NCBI RefSeq assembly: GCF_964204645.1
Contig: NC_134036.1
Location: forward strand, 11,077,859-11,141,858
Direction: 5' to 3'
Origin: Tubulanus polymorphus
Taxonomy: Eukaryota > Animalia > Nemertea
DNA length: 64,000 nucleotides
The notes under the pieces are model-generated. The model made no database searches, was not told the origin of the DNA, and saw only the letters and a list, made by a program, of their open reading frames with translations. Position 1 is the first letter of the stretch. Each line of letters begins with the position of its first letter. Positions 52,401 to 62,370 of the stretch are shown in pieces. The translations under genes were made by a program, and so were the position numbers.

Positions 52401-52663
52401 CACTGGGAAGCCCCAAGAAGGCTAAAAAACAAATTTCGTGCCCATTCTTAATATTTAGAGATTCAGTAGGTCTAGTGCTTAAGCTACATTATTACAGGCA
52501 CTACAAAACTGAGGTGCCCAAATAGGATGTTCAAAATCAAAACATTCATACCAATATCAGCATCGATTATCCGCTCGGAAAATCCATCAGGATCGGCATC
52601 CGGATTCTTCTCCACCCAATTTAAGGCAACATCTGACTGAGGAATTCTTTTTCGCCGCGACAT
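25208..52663 (-). CDS. Spliced gene model: SET domain + C2H2/C2HC zinc fingers + tyrosine recombinase + Myb/SANT-like C-terminus (about 918 aa, 19 coding exons; Crypton-like YR)
   Basis: Exons on the minus strand: 52663-52552, 51005-50861, 42470-42275, 42181-42157, 41773-41717, 41645-41580, 41032-40961, 39696-39625, 39501-39376, 39277-39155 (needs a GC donor), 39041-38925, 36446-36323, 36081-35936, 35408-35062, 34976-34847, 34010-33775, 32373-32171, 31151-30923, 25438-25208. All other junctions are GT-AG, phases match, the total is 2757 nt and there is no internal stop. The SET-to-YR join (38925 to 36446) is the weakest link, so two tandem genes is possible. Confidence 0.7.
28117..28462. mobile_element. 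MITE (Harbinger-like)
   Basis: TIR GGTGTTTTTATTTAAGCA / TGCTTAAATAAAAACGCC. Confidence 0.8.
28493..28817. mobile_element. MITE with long TIRs; relatives at 40548-41168 and 46795-46900
   Basis: ATCCTCG...AGGGTTTGATTGCCGC...AAGCTCACGC / GCGTGAGCTT...GCAATCAAACCCT...CGAGGAT. Confidence 0.8.
30923..31151 (-). CDS. YR catalytic exon 3 (box II Arg, His, nucleophile Tyr)
   Basis: NNSLI-R-KSVTT...LAQLMS-H-SLMTQERF-Y. Phase-2 acceptor and CAG|GTACTT donor. Confidence 0.9.
32171..32373 (-). CDS. YR catalytic exon 2 (HKT, catalytic Lys)
   Basis: VTGLDDG-HKT-VTTSPVVHLFLDSALFNQLQLY...QQIFVSWGGNP. TTTTCTAG acceptor and GTAAGT donor; absent from the ORF track. Confidence 0.88.
33775..34010 (-). CDS. YR catalytic exon 1 (box I Arg)
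   Basis: IRNYLIFAISVQNPC-R-AGPIANLT; TTTCAG acceptor and GTGAGA donor. Confidence 0.88.
34130..34740 (-). ncRNA. Tandem tRNA-like units, 150-bp period (full copies 34256-34332, 34406-34482, 34556-34632, plus partial copies)
   Basis: GACTCAG/CTGAGTC acceptor stem, GGGGG-TTCGATT-CCCTC T-arm (B box), 11-bp central stem with 7-nt loop, and a downstream T6 run. Confidence 0.7.
34847..35408 (-). CDS. YR core-binding (SAM-like) domain exons 35408-35062 and 34976-34847
   Basis: ...LKAYLKSMVDLGKQPGTIEAYIAVWRKFLLYVES resembles the integrase N-terminal helix pattern P.TI..Y....F..F. GT-AG sites and phases match. Confidence 0.8.
35936..36081 (-). CDS. Basic (NLS-like) plus C2HC zinc-finger exon
   Basis: TTTTCAG acceptor and GTGAGT donor. 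Encodes SSPPQYRKRRRDNKNKDARKQKE-CLHC-RMRVYRLDK-H-RPY-C, in a different frame from track ORF 35939..36217. Confidence 0.8.
36323..36446 (-). CDS. C2H2 zinc-finger exon
   Basis: KKDTYIRRTHK-CPVC-KKAVTRVPR-HLRLVH-HW. TAG acceptor and phase-2 GT donor; not in the ORF track. Confidence 0.85.
37690..38500 (-). ncRNA. Second tandem cluster of the same tRNA-like unit (about 5 full copies plus partials)
   Basis: Same 77-nt core at about 37703 (diverged), 37854, 38022, 38173 and 38323; partial copies at 38004 and 38477. Confidence 0.7.
38925..42181 (-). CDS. Eight small linker exons (Pro-rich repeats, two related helical exons, acidic exon)
   Basis: Mostly symmetric phase-1 exons: EDIIPATPPHHTS, EDVIPPTPPHHTES (twice), EEKQDAQIRIFN..., DDQEKQNVHIEEFN..., DDIDDDNDDDADYEPS. 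Confidence 0.6.
40140..40510. repeat. Dispersed repeat family, also at about 16320-16590 and 27560-27810
   Basis: Shared AAACCACTCACTC...AAACAATGCT...AAAGTG...TGAGTT and GATTTGGCCCG motifs. Confidence 0.75.
42275..42470 (-). CDS. SET domain C-terminal exon (SETD8/KMT5A/PR-Set7-like)
   Basis: Encodes CIDATIEDKSLGRLINDG...PHLCFFALKDIPAHTELRYDYGVKDNPWRM. The split codon TG+C gives Cys with the previous exon; TTTTAG and GTAAGT splice sites. Confidence 0.92.
45726..46649. mobile_element. Non-autonomous DNA transposon with TIRs of about 33 bp, AT flanks and TTTACCCGTCAAA subterminal repeats
   Basis: GGCATAGATATTCCGTCAAAATGAAACATCAAA / TTTGGTGTTTCATTTTGACAGAATATCTATGCC. Confidence 0.85.
47101..47222. 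mobile_element. Fold-back remnant of a Tigger-like MITE
   Basis: 28-bp perfect stem TTCATCGGATATAACAAATAAACAATTG with its complement; ends in ...GAGTTTCCACTG-TA. Confidence 0.7.
47286..47923. mobile_element. PIF/Harbinger MITE
   Basis: TIR GGCCACAC.AAAA / TTTTGGTGTGGCC with TSD TAA; a related left end lies at about 51060. Confidence 0.85.
49400..49860. repeat. Low-complexity ACAG/AGAC-rich tract
   Basis: Degenerate tetranucleotide repeats. Confidence 0.8.
49981..50075. ncRNA. Inverted pair of minimal hammerhead-ribozyme-like motifs (Penelope-like terminus)
   Basis: Minus strand reads CCAC-CTGATGA-T-GGCTG-TCAGTCAG-CAGCC-GAAAC-ATT-GTA. The plus copy has GAAA changed to GCAA. Confidence 0.6.
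50861..51005 (-). CDS. SET domain N-terminal exon
   Basis: TTTTGCAG acceptor and GTAAGT donor. Encodes GRGVFTLKPFAKGDFLLEYRG..., the classic SET motif I and EY.G motif. Confidence 0.9.
51570..52115 (-). mobile_element. Helentron/HINE (DINE-1-like) non-autonomous element
   Basis: Minus strand begins TTTTACCCTCG...CGAGGGGTATTG, followed by a GTGCGGATGTGCGTGCGGGCGTGC microsatellite-like tract. The distal end is approximate. Confidence 0.6.
52245..52401. mobile_element. Small Harbinger-like MITE
   Basis: GGGATCATTCATTTATTATGTAC / GTACATAATAAACGAATGACCCC. Confidence 0.75.
52552..52663 (-). CDS. First coding exon (pre-SET region)
   Basis: TTTAAAG acceptor, then G-ATG. Encodes MSRRKRIPQSDVALNWVEKNPDADPDGFSERIIDADI and ends in a phase-1 GTATGA donor. 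Confidence 0.8.
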
Positions 52664-55600
52664 CCTTTAAAAAAATTAGGGTGAGAGTGAAAAAGATGAG
52701 GTAAGATTAAACAGAAATAATAAAATGAAGTATAGAAATTAGCTTGAATAGATGTTTTTGACACAGGAACAAGTTTTTACAGCTTGTTTGTTCTACAAGT
52801 CAACACTGACTTGTAGAACAAACAACTCTAAAATCAAAATAGGGGTCCAGGGACACCCTGCCCACTTAGGAAGTGGCTTGAAATACTCAACATTCTGACC
52901 ATTAAATATATTCAAAACCTCCAGGTAAACATCATAAATAGGCCTAACCGATGACCTTGAAAACCACCACAATTACACATATCATGAGCTACAATGTTAC
53001 AAAAATATGACCAGATACAATAAGTATTCCTTGTGAGGAGAGGAATCCTATGTGCAATAATAATCAAATAGGCTATCATAGTCAAATTAAATTAGATTTT
53101 TAGTAAAATTGTATTCATCCTGGCAGAATCAAATTTGATTTGATCTAATCTTTGAATTTTACACGGTACCAAATTCAAATCGATTTATCAAACCATCAAA
53201 GCACCTCCCTTGATTTGCTACGATACTACGATAGCCGAGTGGACACATTTTTTTCGAGAACTGATATAAAAATGGTCAAAACTGAAACTGATACTCATTC
53301 ATAGGAAATAATATTTCAAAAGCTGGGACAGTATTATCTTGTCGGCATGGTTTCCAGTGGCATGAAAAAAGTTCCTAGGTTTTTCCCAAGTATTTCATTG
53401 GTGATTTTCAATTTTCCGAAATGGAAAATCAGGCCTTCAAAAAAAACGAACTGATACCTTCATGCTGAAGTCAACGTTTTAGCGGTGAGTGGTTGGTAAA
53501 TTTGATTTTAAAGGAAAATCACTGCAGAAAATTGCTTTTGGCAAATGCAGTACGAAAAGTAAATGAATTTCCCAGATATTTCCCTGATTTGAGGAAGATT
53601 TCTCAAATTCCCAACTATTTCCAAACTGGGAATTGTCATTTCAAAATTCCCAAGTTTTTCCCAATTTCTCTGTTCTCTGGGAACCAAGTGTCAGCTGTTT
53701 TGAGCAAGTCTTGAAATTAATCGTGTTGTGCAAATCTTATTTGATTAGATAACACGCGACTAGCAAATAATTAGGAAAATCAAATCTTATTTGATAAAAT
53801 AAATTCGCCTCATGACAAGGCCTAGGCCTAAGTTAAAAAGTGTTAATCTATCTCAACTTCACCTTTTTCCACCTACGACACTAAGATGGCCCCAATGTGT
53901 TTCCATGTAGGCCTACATGTACTAAACTTCAGTTGGTAGGCATGAAAACAATTGTTAATCTTTCAAATTATTAAAAGTCACTTTTTTCAATCCTTTCCAT
54001 TGAAGACTTATCCTTCAATAATACAGTTTAAAATGGATTAAAAGCAGTTTAAGCCCCCCCCCCCCCCGATCCCAGCAACTCTACGGAATTGGATTATTTG
54101 AAACAGTTCACACCCCACAATTCCAGTCAACTCTTCAAAGGAAAATAGACATTGCCGACTAGTAGGCCTACAATCGGTCGACAAACAGTATTGTAGACAT
54201 TGTGTACAAGTACAATCCATCGACAAACAGGATTGTAGACATTGCCGACGAGTATGCCTACAACAAACAGGATTGTAGACATTGTGGACAAGTAAAATCG
54301 GTCGATCGTCGACGAGTAGATTTAGGATTGTAGATATTGATAAGTCGACAATAAGAATCAGTTCAATATAGGTAGATTAATTTCAATACCACTCGGATGT
54401 GATTAGATTCTGCGTAGATCTACTCTACTTTTACCTATGCTGGAGTCAGCCTTTAGGCCTAAGTCTTAGGCCTATCACTAACTTGGCTATTTAATAAATC
54501 TCACAGAGGCTAAGGCTAAAAAAATTGATGCCTTGTTTCTCATTTCTGCTGAGCTTAAAACTTAACTTAGCCAAGGCCTAGCCTATAGGCCTAGGCTAGA
54601 GACAGACCATTCAAAACTCAAAACTTAAGCCCTAGGGGTGATTGATGCAGTTTCTATTCACTCAAACACAAAATCAAATAGGCCTATGGAATGATAGCCA
54701 GTTGGGGTAGCCGACGAGATAGATTGTAGGCCTACACATTTTTGGTAATTATTGGTAGGCCTAAGTAGCCTAATTGTTTCATTGAGTAGCAAGATTTCGG
54801 GAACATTCAATTTATTTAGGGCTAAACAATATGAGAGCCTAGCCTAGGATATTCTGGGAGAAATTTATTATGAAACTTCAATAAGCCACAAAACCTTTTG
54901 AGATGGTAGCCTATAGGCCTAGTGCCAATGCGACGGAGGTTCGAGTCCCAGAAAACAAAAATTTCTGTTGATTTTATGTTTTTGAATGCCTGAACTCAAG
55001 AACTTGGGCAAAGAAATCCTTTAAAAAGTAGGCCCTCTCACTACTGTTAGTTCTATTTTGATAACCTACCCTGCCTATATGCTTCATACTTCATACTTAG
55101 GCTTAAGCCTCCCATCAACATCACATACCTAGATCTAGGGCTAGGCCTAAGTATTATGACGTTTGTTGAGCTCTTGAGCTGATAAGCAACTGCCCCCCTT
55201 TAGATCTCGTTCTGTATTAGGCCTCCCCTCTCACGGCACCGAGTCCGATATCGTCGTGCGAGGGGCCTATATACTATATATTTTTACAGCTACACACTAC
55301 GTTGTTTACTTTTTACACCACCCCGCGGGCGAGCGGCACCGTTCATTTGATTCGGCCCGTTTTTCATGGTTTACCGCTGGATATGCTAACCACTAGCTAA
55401 ACACAATAAATACCACATGTATCTTTCATCTGTTACGGCCCCTCTAATTACCTGCGAATAATAGAAATAACAAGAAAACGGCAAAATAACGGCGAGAAAA
55501 GTACGCTTCAAACTTGCAATTCGAAGTGGCGACCGTTACAATTCAATTCAATCAATCTATATTGTGCACGGATTAACATGGGTGCCATCTATCGGATACA

Positions 55601-56437
55601 TCGCTCAATAGAGCTTAGCCTAACAAAATCCCGCAAAATTAATAAATTAATTAACGCTTCGTTTATGATCAATTTACGGCAAAGACATACAATCTGTAAC
55701 CTATGAGGTTTCAGTTTGATAACTACGTGACTTATCCACGTAAAAGAAGATATATTACTAAAATTTTAGCCATGGGCCGTAGAGCTCGGAGTGAAGAAAA
55801 TTCAACGCACTCTTTCCGACCGCTTATTAACAGAATAAGGTGTACGGGTCAGTGAAGAATCCGATGCGAAAAACGTTTCGATATGGTTGTCTAAACCAGA
55901 GAAGCAAATTCGATTTTTCAATGGGAAACATTGGACCACGGGATGGTGATAATATAAATATCTGAAAAAATCAATATTTCTCTTCGTATCATAAAATTTC
56001 CTGCATGAAATGATAGATTTTTCCAACACGAACAAATGGAGGTACGAAATTTGAAAATCGAGTAGGAAATGGTGAAAAAATATGAACTTGTATTTTTTTT
56101 GCATAATAGGCACTCTGCGAGGTCAATCCAGTATTTCATGTAATATCTCAACTGCATTTTTTCTACTAGTTGAAAATGGTGATATGATGATAGATGATGA
56201 CGGGGCTAAAATGAATAAGCATGAAATAACGATTTTTACGGTACAAAAATTGTTTTATTTCGATTTTTCTAAGTACACATTTTTTGAGATGGGAATCTTT
56301 GGAACACGCGAAAATCAAACGTTCACCGCGCAGTTAGTACGCGAGATAACCTCGAATTTCCTTCTGCCGAATGTGCTACTTGTCAGTCTCGTTTGTTTGG
56401 GAATGAAATATTCGAAATAATCTCAAACATCATTTAG

Positions 56438-56518
56438 CTATCCCAAAAACAGACGTGGTCCAAAGATACCCACCTAAAGTACATCAGACTCAATGGGAAT
56501 CACGGCGACATGGTCATC

Positions 56519-56570
<52 letters not shown>

Positions 56571-59240
56571 CCCTATCAACGCTCCACATGAAGACCCAAG
56601 TGAAAGTGGCGAATATGAACGTCTAGTCGATGCCTCTTGTGAAGATGATGGAGATGGAAGTCAAATCAATGCTTCTCGAGAAGTTGATGAACAAGAAAAT
56701 CAAATAGCTGCCAAGTATCGATACATCATGAGAAATGGTAGGCATGTTTTGATAAATTGAATACAATAAATTAAACAGGCTTTGAGCCTTAAGTACAGCC
56801 TACATCATTAAAGCCTTTGCTACCAAATAACCAGATGACAACGTGTTAACAATGCTTTTATTTCACATTTGTAATAATCACTTGCTCTGGCACTAAATAT
56901 TCCACTTCGTTGTACATTTCAAATTCATATTATGTCCATTCTACTCATGAAATATTTTCAGTTACCATTCCGGTCTATAAAAAAAATGATGGAAAAAGGG
57001 ATTACAGAAAGGTTAATCATTGCTATTATTGCAAAAATACGTTCACTTCTAAAATTGCACCCCATTATTGTAATATCCATTACAATGAAGAGAAAGTGAA
57101 AGAAATCATGTCATTACCTAATGGATCAGCAGAGAAGAAAAAACGCCTGTACGAACTCGAGAATCTGGGCAATTTCCATCATAATATTAAGGTATACTAA
57201 TGACTTTGACAGTTCGTAAATCAAAACTAGTTCTGCACCTTGCATATATTCCCAACCACCCTTACCAAAAATGTGATTTGCTAATTAGATCTCTTTGATA
57301 AATGTTAAATGTATACAGGCATACCCAGCGCAAATCAGAATAGTCTAATTCAAAATAACTTCCACAAAATCTATTATTTTTGTAATTTTTGGGGTAGCCA
57401 TAGGTTTTTACATACTGCTATACTAATGGAGCAAATTAAATACGATGGTTTATTCTAGATGAAAGGCTTTTTTACTGTACATGTATTCATTAGTCATGTT
57501 TTACTGCATTATCCACTTTCCAAATCCTAGGAGGCCAAATTTTGCAAACGAACCCGTCAAAACTTACAGGGTTTTTTCTTGAAAATATGAGGTGTTCACG
57601 CGAACGCGCGGTATCGCGGTATCGTCTACTGTTTTACTTCCAGCTTTCATTTTACAACCAAGAATTTTATTTCAAATTTGATTTTTAGGAAATTGATTTG
57701 ATTTTTGGGAGCAAATTTGTTTTGCACCATGTAAATTTGTACTGCGCAAAATTTGTCCATGGTAATTGTGCAATGGTCGGGAAAATATCTTTCTTAATTC
57801 ACTGCTAGGGATGGATGACGTTGATATGCTAGTTAGCAATGTGATTGTATGCCAAATTCAATCAAATTTTGTTATGCAAGTAAACATCAAATCAAATGTG
57901 GTACCGGCAACTTGACTGTGGCAAGTGAGAATTCTGTCAGTTTGTTAAGTAGCACTGGGTTACTGCGCTTCAATTTCTTATGCATTTCAATTAAATTCCC
58001 TTCAACTTTTCTCCCTGAGTAAATCAATTATTAGTGAAATCTATTTCCTTATACTTGTTTGATAATTTTCGGATTTGGATGCCCAAAATAAAATTCAAAT
58101 TTCATTAAACATGAACTGATTTTCATAACTAACGATCGAGTGGAACTTGGCGCCATCTAGTGAGTCCCCGTACCCCATTCAATTTTATTCCGCATTCAAA
58201 TCAAATATTGTAGTAAATTTTTTGTACCACCCTTACAGGTGATAAGTAGTGGTGATGGTGGTGAGCTTGTAGTGAATCGGAGACCAACGTCCGTAGAGAG
58301 CCCTTCTAACTTCATCTTTTGTGAGTACTGCAAAGGTCTCTTTCTAAAAAACTCACTATGGAAACATATGAAGGCATGTCTTCTCAAACCTTCGTCAAAG
58401 GAGCCATCTGCGGACTATGTGAGATGCGGCCGCCTTATGGTTATGCCGTTCCTGAGTGAGGATGACGAGCAGATCGCTGCAGTAAACGATGTCTTTAATT
58501 TGAAGGAAACTGCTGCCAACCCTGGCATCGCAAAAGCTGTCAGGAATGATATCTTGATACGGGAATTCGCACTCTCCATGTTAGGCAGACTGGGAACTTC
58601 CGAAGAGCAAAGATTAAAAGATTTCGCAAACGTCAGATCAAAAGTTCGTCTGATTGGCCGTTTATTGATCAAATTGAATGAACAAGCCGGAACAAAAAAT
58701 GATTTAAACTATTATATAACAGGAAAGGAGTTCGATGCTGTGGTCAAAGGTGTTAAATCGCTTTCAGAAGAAAGTGACTCCCCACAACTGGCTGTCCAAT
58801 TAGGAAGCTACATTAAGCATTCCATAATTCTTAAAATTAGCTACGGCGTCAAGATTAACTCCGTTGACATTCAAAATGAAGGAAAAGACTTTGAATATTT
58901 ATACCGTGCCCATTGGAACAATATGGTGTCGTGTGTTGCTAATAGGAGGAAACGTCTTCGAAAGATCAACACGAAATCTATCACGCCACTTACGGATGAC
59001 CTTGTGACCTTAAAGAATTGGAGCGTTGATGAAATACAAGAAGGACAGAAAAATCCTAATCCAGACAGAAAAGAGTGGACTTTCATGGCTCAGCTGATCT
59101 TGGTGAGAATCGTGATGTTTAATAAAAGACGCGTTTCTGAAGTTGCCGAAATCAAATGTCACGAGTTCGTTGAATGCCAACAGACTGAAAATACTGAAAT
59201 CACTAACTCTTTGGATGTCATTGAACAAACACTCGTTTAA
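56438..59240 (+). CDS. Second tyrosine-recombinase-like gene (Zn-binding N-terminus, FNKRR.SE box I), stops before the C-terminal catalytic residues
   Basis: Exons about 56438-56737 (acidic, poly-Asp), 56962-57191 (HCYYC...KIAPHY..IH...LENLGNFHHN) and 58239-59240 (VNRRP...CEYCKGLF...LWKHMKAC...IVMFNKRRVSEV). Phases match. TAA at 59238-59240 lies 2 nt before a GTATGC donor-like site. Start codon not located. Confidence 0.75.
56521..56568 (+). repeat. (GAT)16 microsatellite encoding poly-Asp in the acidic exon of the second YR gene
   Basis: Direct count; in frame with the downstream exons. Confidence 0.95.
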
Positions 59241-59257
59241 AAGTATGCGATAGTCCT

Positions 59258-60190
59258 CTTTTTAGCCCACTTGAGACTTTAGTCCCTGCGGGCTATTGCG
59301 TTCACTTTTCGTCCGTCGTCCGTCCGTACACGGAATCCAGTTAATTTGGGAAGTTTTGCAGACGCTTCAAGGTAATGTCTTGATATTTGGGTTACACATG
59401 TATCTACCCTAGACACATCTTCAGCCCAAAAACTGGCCCTGTCAGATTCAAGATGGCCGACTGGCAGCCATTGTTGTTCGCCAAAATCAGCACTTTTTAC
59501 ACGTTTTTGAACTTTTGAGGGAAATTTCGAAGACGCTTTGATCAATTACCTTGATCTTTCGGATATATGTGAATCTCCCCAGGGTTCATCAGCATAACAA
59601 AAATTGGGTCAATCGGACTCAAGATGGCCGTCCTATGACCTTTTTAGTGCCCAAAAATGTTAATGTTGGCCCGAATTCTGAGTTCCTACTGGTTTTTACC
59701 ATTTCTCATTGCAATTTGTGATGGGTATTGTTTAGAAAGGGATGTTTTATACCTGAGACAGGTATTTTTCATCAGCCAATTATGACGCAATTGGTGGCCA
59801 TCTTGGTGTCACCAGTACTCATTCGTAAGTGGGAAAAAGTTTTTCCACATTATATTGATACCTAAGCGTATTTTGTTACCACAATCATTTAGAAAGTTGT
59901 AGCTCATAAAATGTTCTATGATTGTGGTGAGTTTCAAGGTAATTGGATTTTGTATATGGCCACCATGGGGCGTTGAATAATGCAATATCTTAGCATTTCT
60001 ATATTATATTAGTACCTATGCATATTTTGTAACCACATTCAATTGGAAAGTTGTAGCTCATGACATCATCTATGATTGTTTCGAGTTTTAAGGACATAAG
60101 TTATTCTATATGGTCACCAGGGGGCGTTGAATAGTAGAATAACTTAATATTTCCTTATTATATTGGTACCTATGCATATTTTGTTACCAT
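59258..60190 (+). mobile_element. Helentron/HINE-like element directly after the second YR exon; fragments at 46255-46400 (+) and 41226-41382 (-)
   Basis: TTTTTAGCCCAC...GCGGGCTA short inverted repeat, then a (GTCC)n microsatellite and internal tandem repeats. Confidence 0.75.
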
Positions 60191-60849
60191 GATGAGACTC
60201 AATCTTGAATCGAAATTTTTCTTATTCTGACATTTTCTCGTCCTTACGTGTCCGTCCGACTTACACCAGATCTCTAAAACTGTTTTAAGGTACACCTATA
60301 CTTGTGGGATGAATTATTTATAAGTGAGTTAGATCAAGCATATGAGTGACTTGTGGGCTGTGTACAACTGATAACTTAAGATTTACCAATACCTTGCGGG
60401 GTGAATTATTTATAGCCCCAGGCCTCTGTACATAAATCTCTAGTCTTTCGTAGGGTGTTTAAAACAGGCAATACTTTGGCACGATAAATACCTATTGTCC
60501 TAAGAGCACACTAGGGCGATTCCACTCGACCAAACTGAGAAATCATCTAATATCTAATGATGAAATTGATGGGTGCTTTTAGTTCGTTCCCTCTAACACA
60601 TTCTCTGTTGAACTATGTGTGGAATATGTTCTGGGACTTAGCTCTTATTGAAAACACTGCAAGTGACTGATCAAAAAACCTGTCTAATATGTTCAAGATC
60701 CCATCCCTAAATAAACCATGACAATACCATTAGGAAGAAACACTCGCAATTGAGGCCAAAAATGACTATTATATATTCCGATGACAACAGTGCAAGATTA
60801 TAAAAACATTAGACCTACCTTCAATAACAGGAGCTAAAATTGTGGATGA

Positions 60850-62370
60850 TTCATCTGAAATACCGATGACGGGGGATGATTTACCCGTACCACAAGCTCC
60901 AACTGGTGACAATTCATCAGCAATGCAAACGACAGAAGACAATTCATCCGTACCGCGAGCTCCGATTGGTGACGATTTATCAGTAACGCAAACGACAGAC
61001 GACATTTCATCCGCACTGCGAGCTCCGATCGGTGACGATTTATCAGTTTCGCAAACGACAGACGACATTTGAACGACGGACGACATTTCATCGGTTCCAC
61101 GAGCTCCGATTGGTGACAATTTATCAGTAACACCAATGACAGACGATGTTTCATCCGAACCGCGAGCTCTGATCGGTGACGATTTTTCAGTTTCTCGAAC
61201 GACAGACGACATTTCATCCGCACTACGAGCTCCAATTGGTGACGATTTATCAGCAACATAAACGAAAAATGACATTTCATCCGTACCGCGAGCTCCGATT
61301 GGTGACGATTTATCAGCAATATAAACGACTAACGACTTTTCATCCGTACTGTGAACTCCGATTAATGGCGATTTATCAGTAACACCAATGACAGACGACT
61401 TTTCATCCATACTGTGAACTCCGATTAATGGCGATTTATCAGTAACACCAATGACAGACGATGTTTCACCCGTACCGTAAGCTCCGATTGGTGATGATTT
61501 ATCAGTAACGCAAACGACAGACGACATTTGAACGACGGACGACATTTCATCGGTTCCACGAGCTCCGATTGGTGACAATTTATCAGTAACACGAATGACA
61601 GACAATGTTTCATCCGAACCGCGAGCTCCGATCGGTGACGATTTATCAGTTTCTCGAACGACAGATGACATTTCATCGGTTCCACGAGCTCCGACTGGTG
61701 ACGATTTATCAGTAACGCAAACGACAGACGACATTTCATCCGCACCGCGAGCTCCGATCGGTGACGATTTATCACTTTCGCAAACGACAGACGGCATTCG
61801 AACGACGGACGACATTTCATCCGTACCGCGAGCTCCGATTGGTGACGATTTATTAGTTTCGCAAACGACAGACAACATTTCATCCGTACCGCAAGCTCCG
61901 ACTGATGACGATTTATCAGTAACGCAAACGACAGACGACATTTCATACGCACCGCGAGCTCCGATCGGTGACGATTTATCACTTTCGCAAACGACAGACG
62001 GCATTCGAACGACGGACGACATTTCATCCGTACCGCGAGCTCCGATTGGTGACGATTTATCAGTTTCGCAAACGACAGACGACATTTCATCCGCACTTCG
62101 AGCTCCAATTGGTGACGATTTATCAGCAACATAAACGACAAACAACATTTCATCCGTACCGCGAGCTCCAATTGGTGACGATTTATCAGCAATATAAACG
62201 ACTAACGACTTTTCATCCGTACTGTGAACTCCGATTAATGGCGATTTATCAGTAACACCAATGACAGAAGACAATTCATCCATACCGCGAGCCCCGATCG
62301 GTGACGATTTATCAGTAACGCAAACGACAGACGACATTTCACCCGTACCGCGAGCTCTGATTGGTGAGGA
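60850..62370. repeat. 63-bp minisatellite (about 23 units, occasional 18-bp insert), open as a 522-aa ORF on the minus strand
   Basis: Unit reads MSSVVCVTDKSSPIGARGTDE on minus and TTDDISSVPRAPIGDDLSVSQ on plus; it abuts the LINE tail. Confidence 0.92.

Noticed and set aside
58149-58163. CTCF-like motif GCGCCATCTAGTG (similar ones at about 4503, 17168, 55582 and 60114)
   Set aside because: Short matches are expected by chance or within repeats and cannot be supported without binding data.
14218-60770. Inverted pair 14218-14840 / 60265-60770 as giant TIRs around the YR locus
   Set aside because: The copies are clearly diverged, further partial copies exist in both orientations (13410, 59620), and the right copy would cut the second YR gene. 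A dispersed repeat family explains this better.
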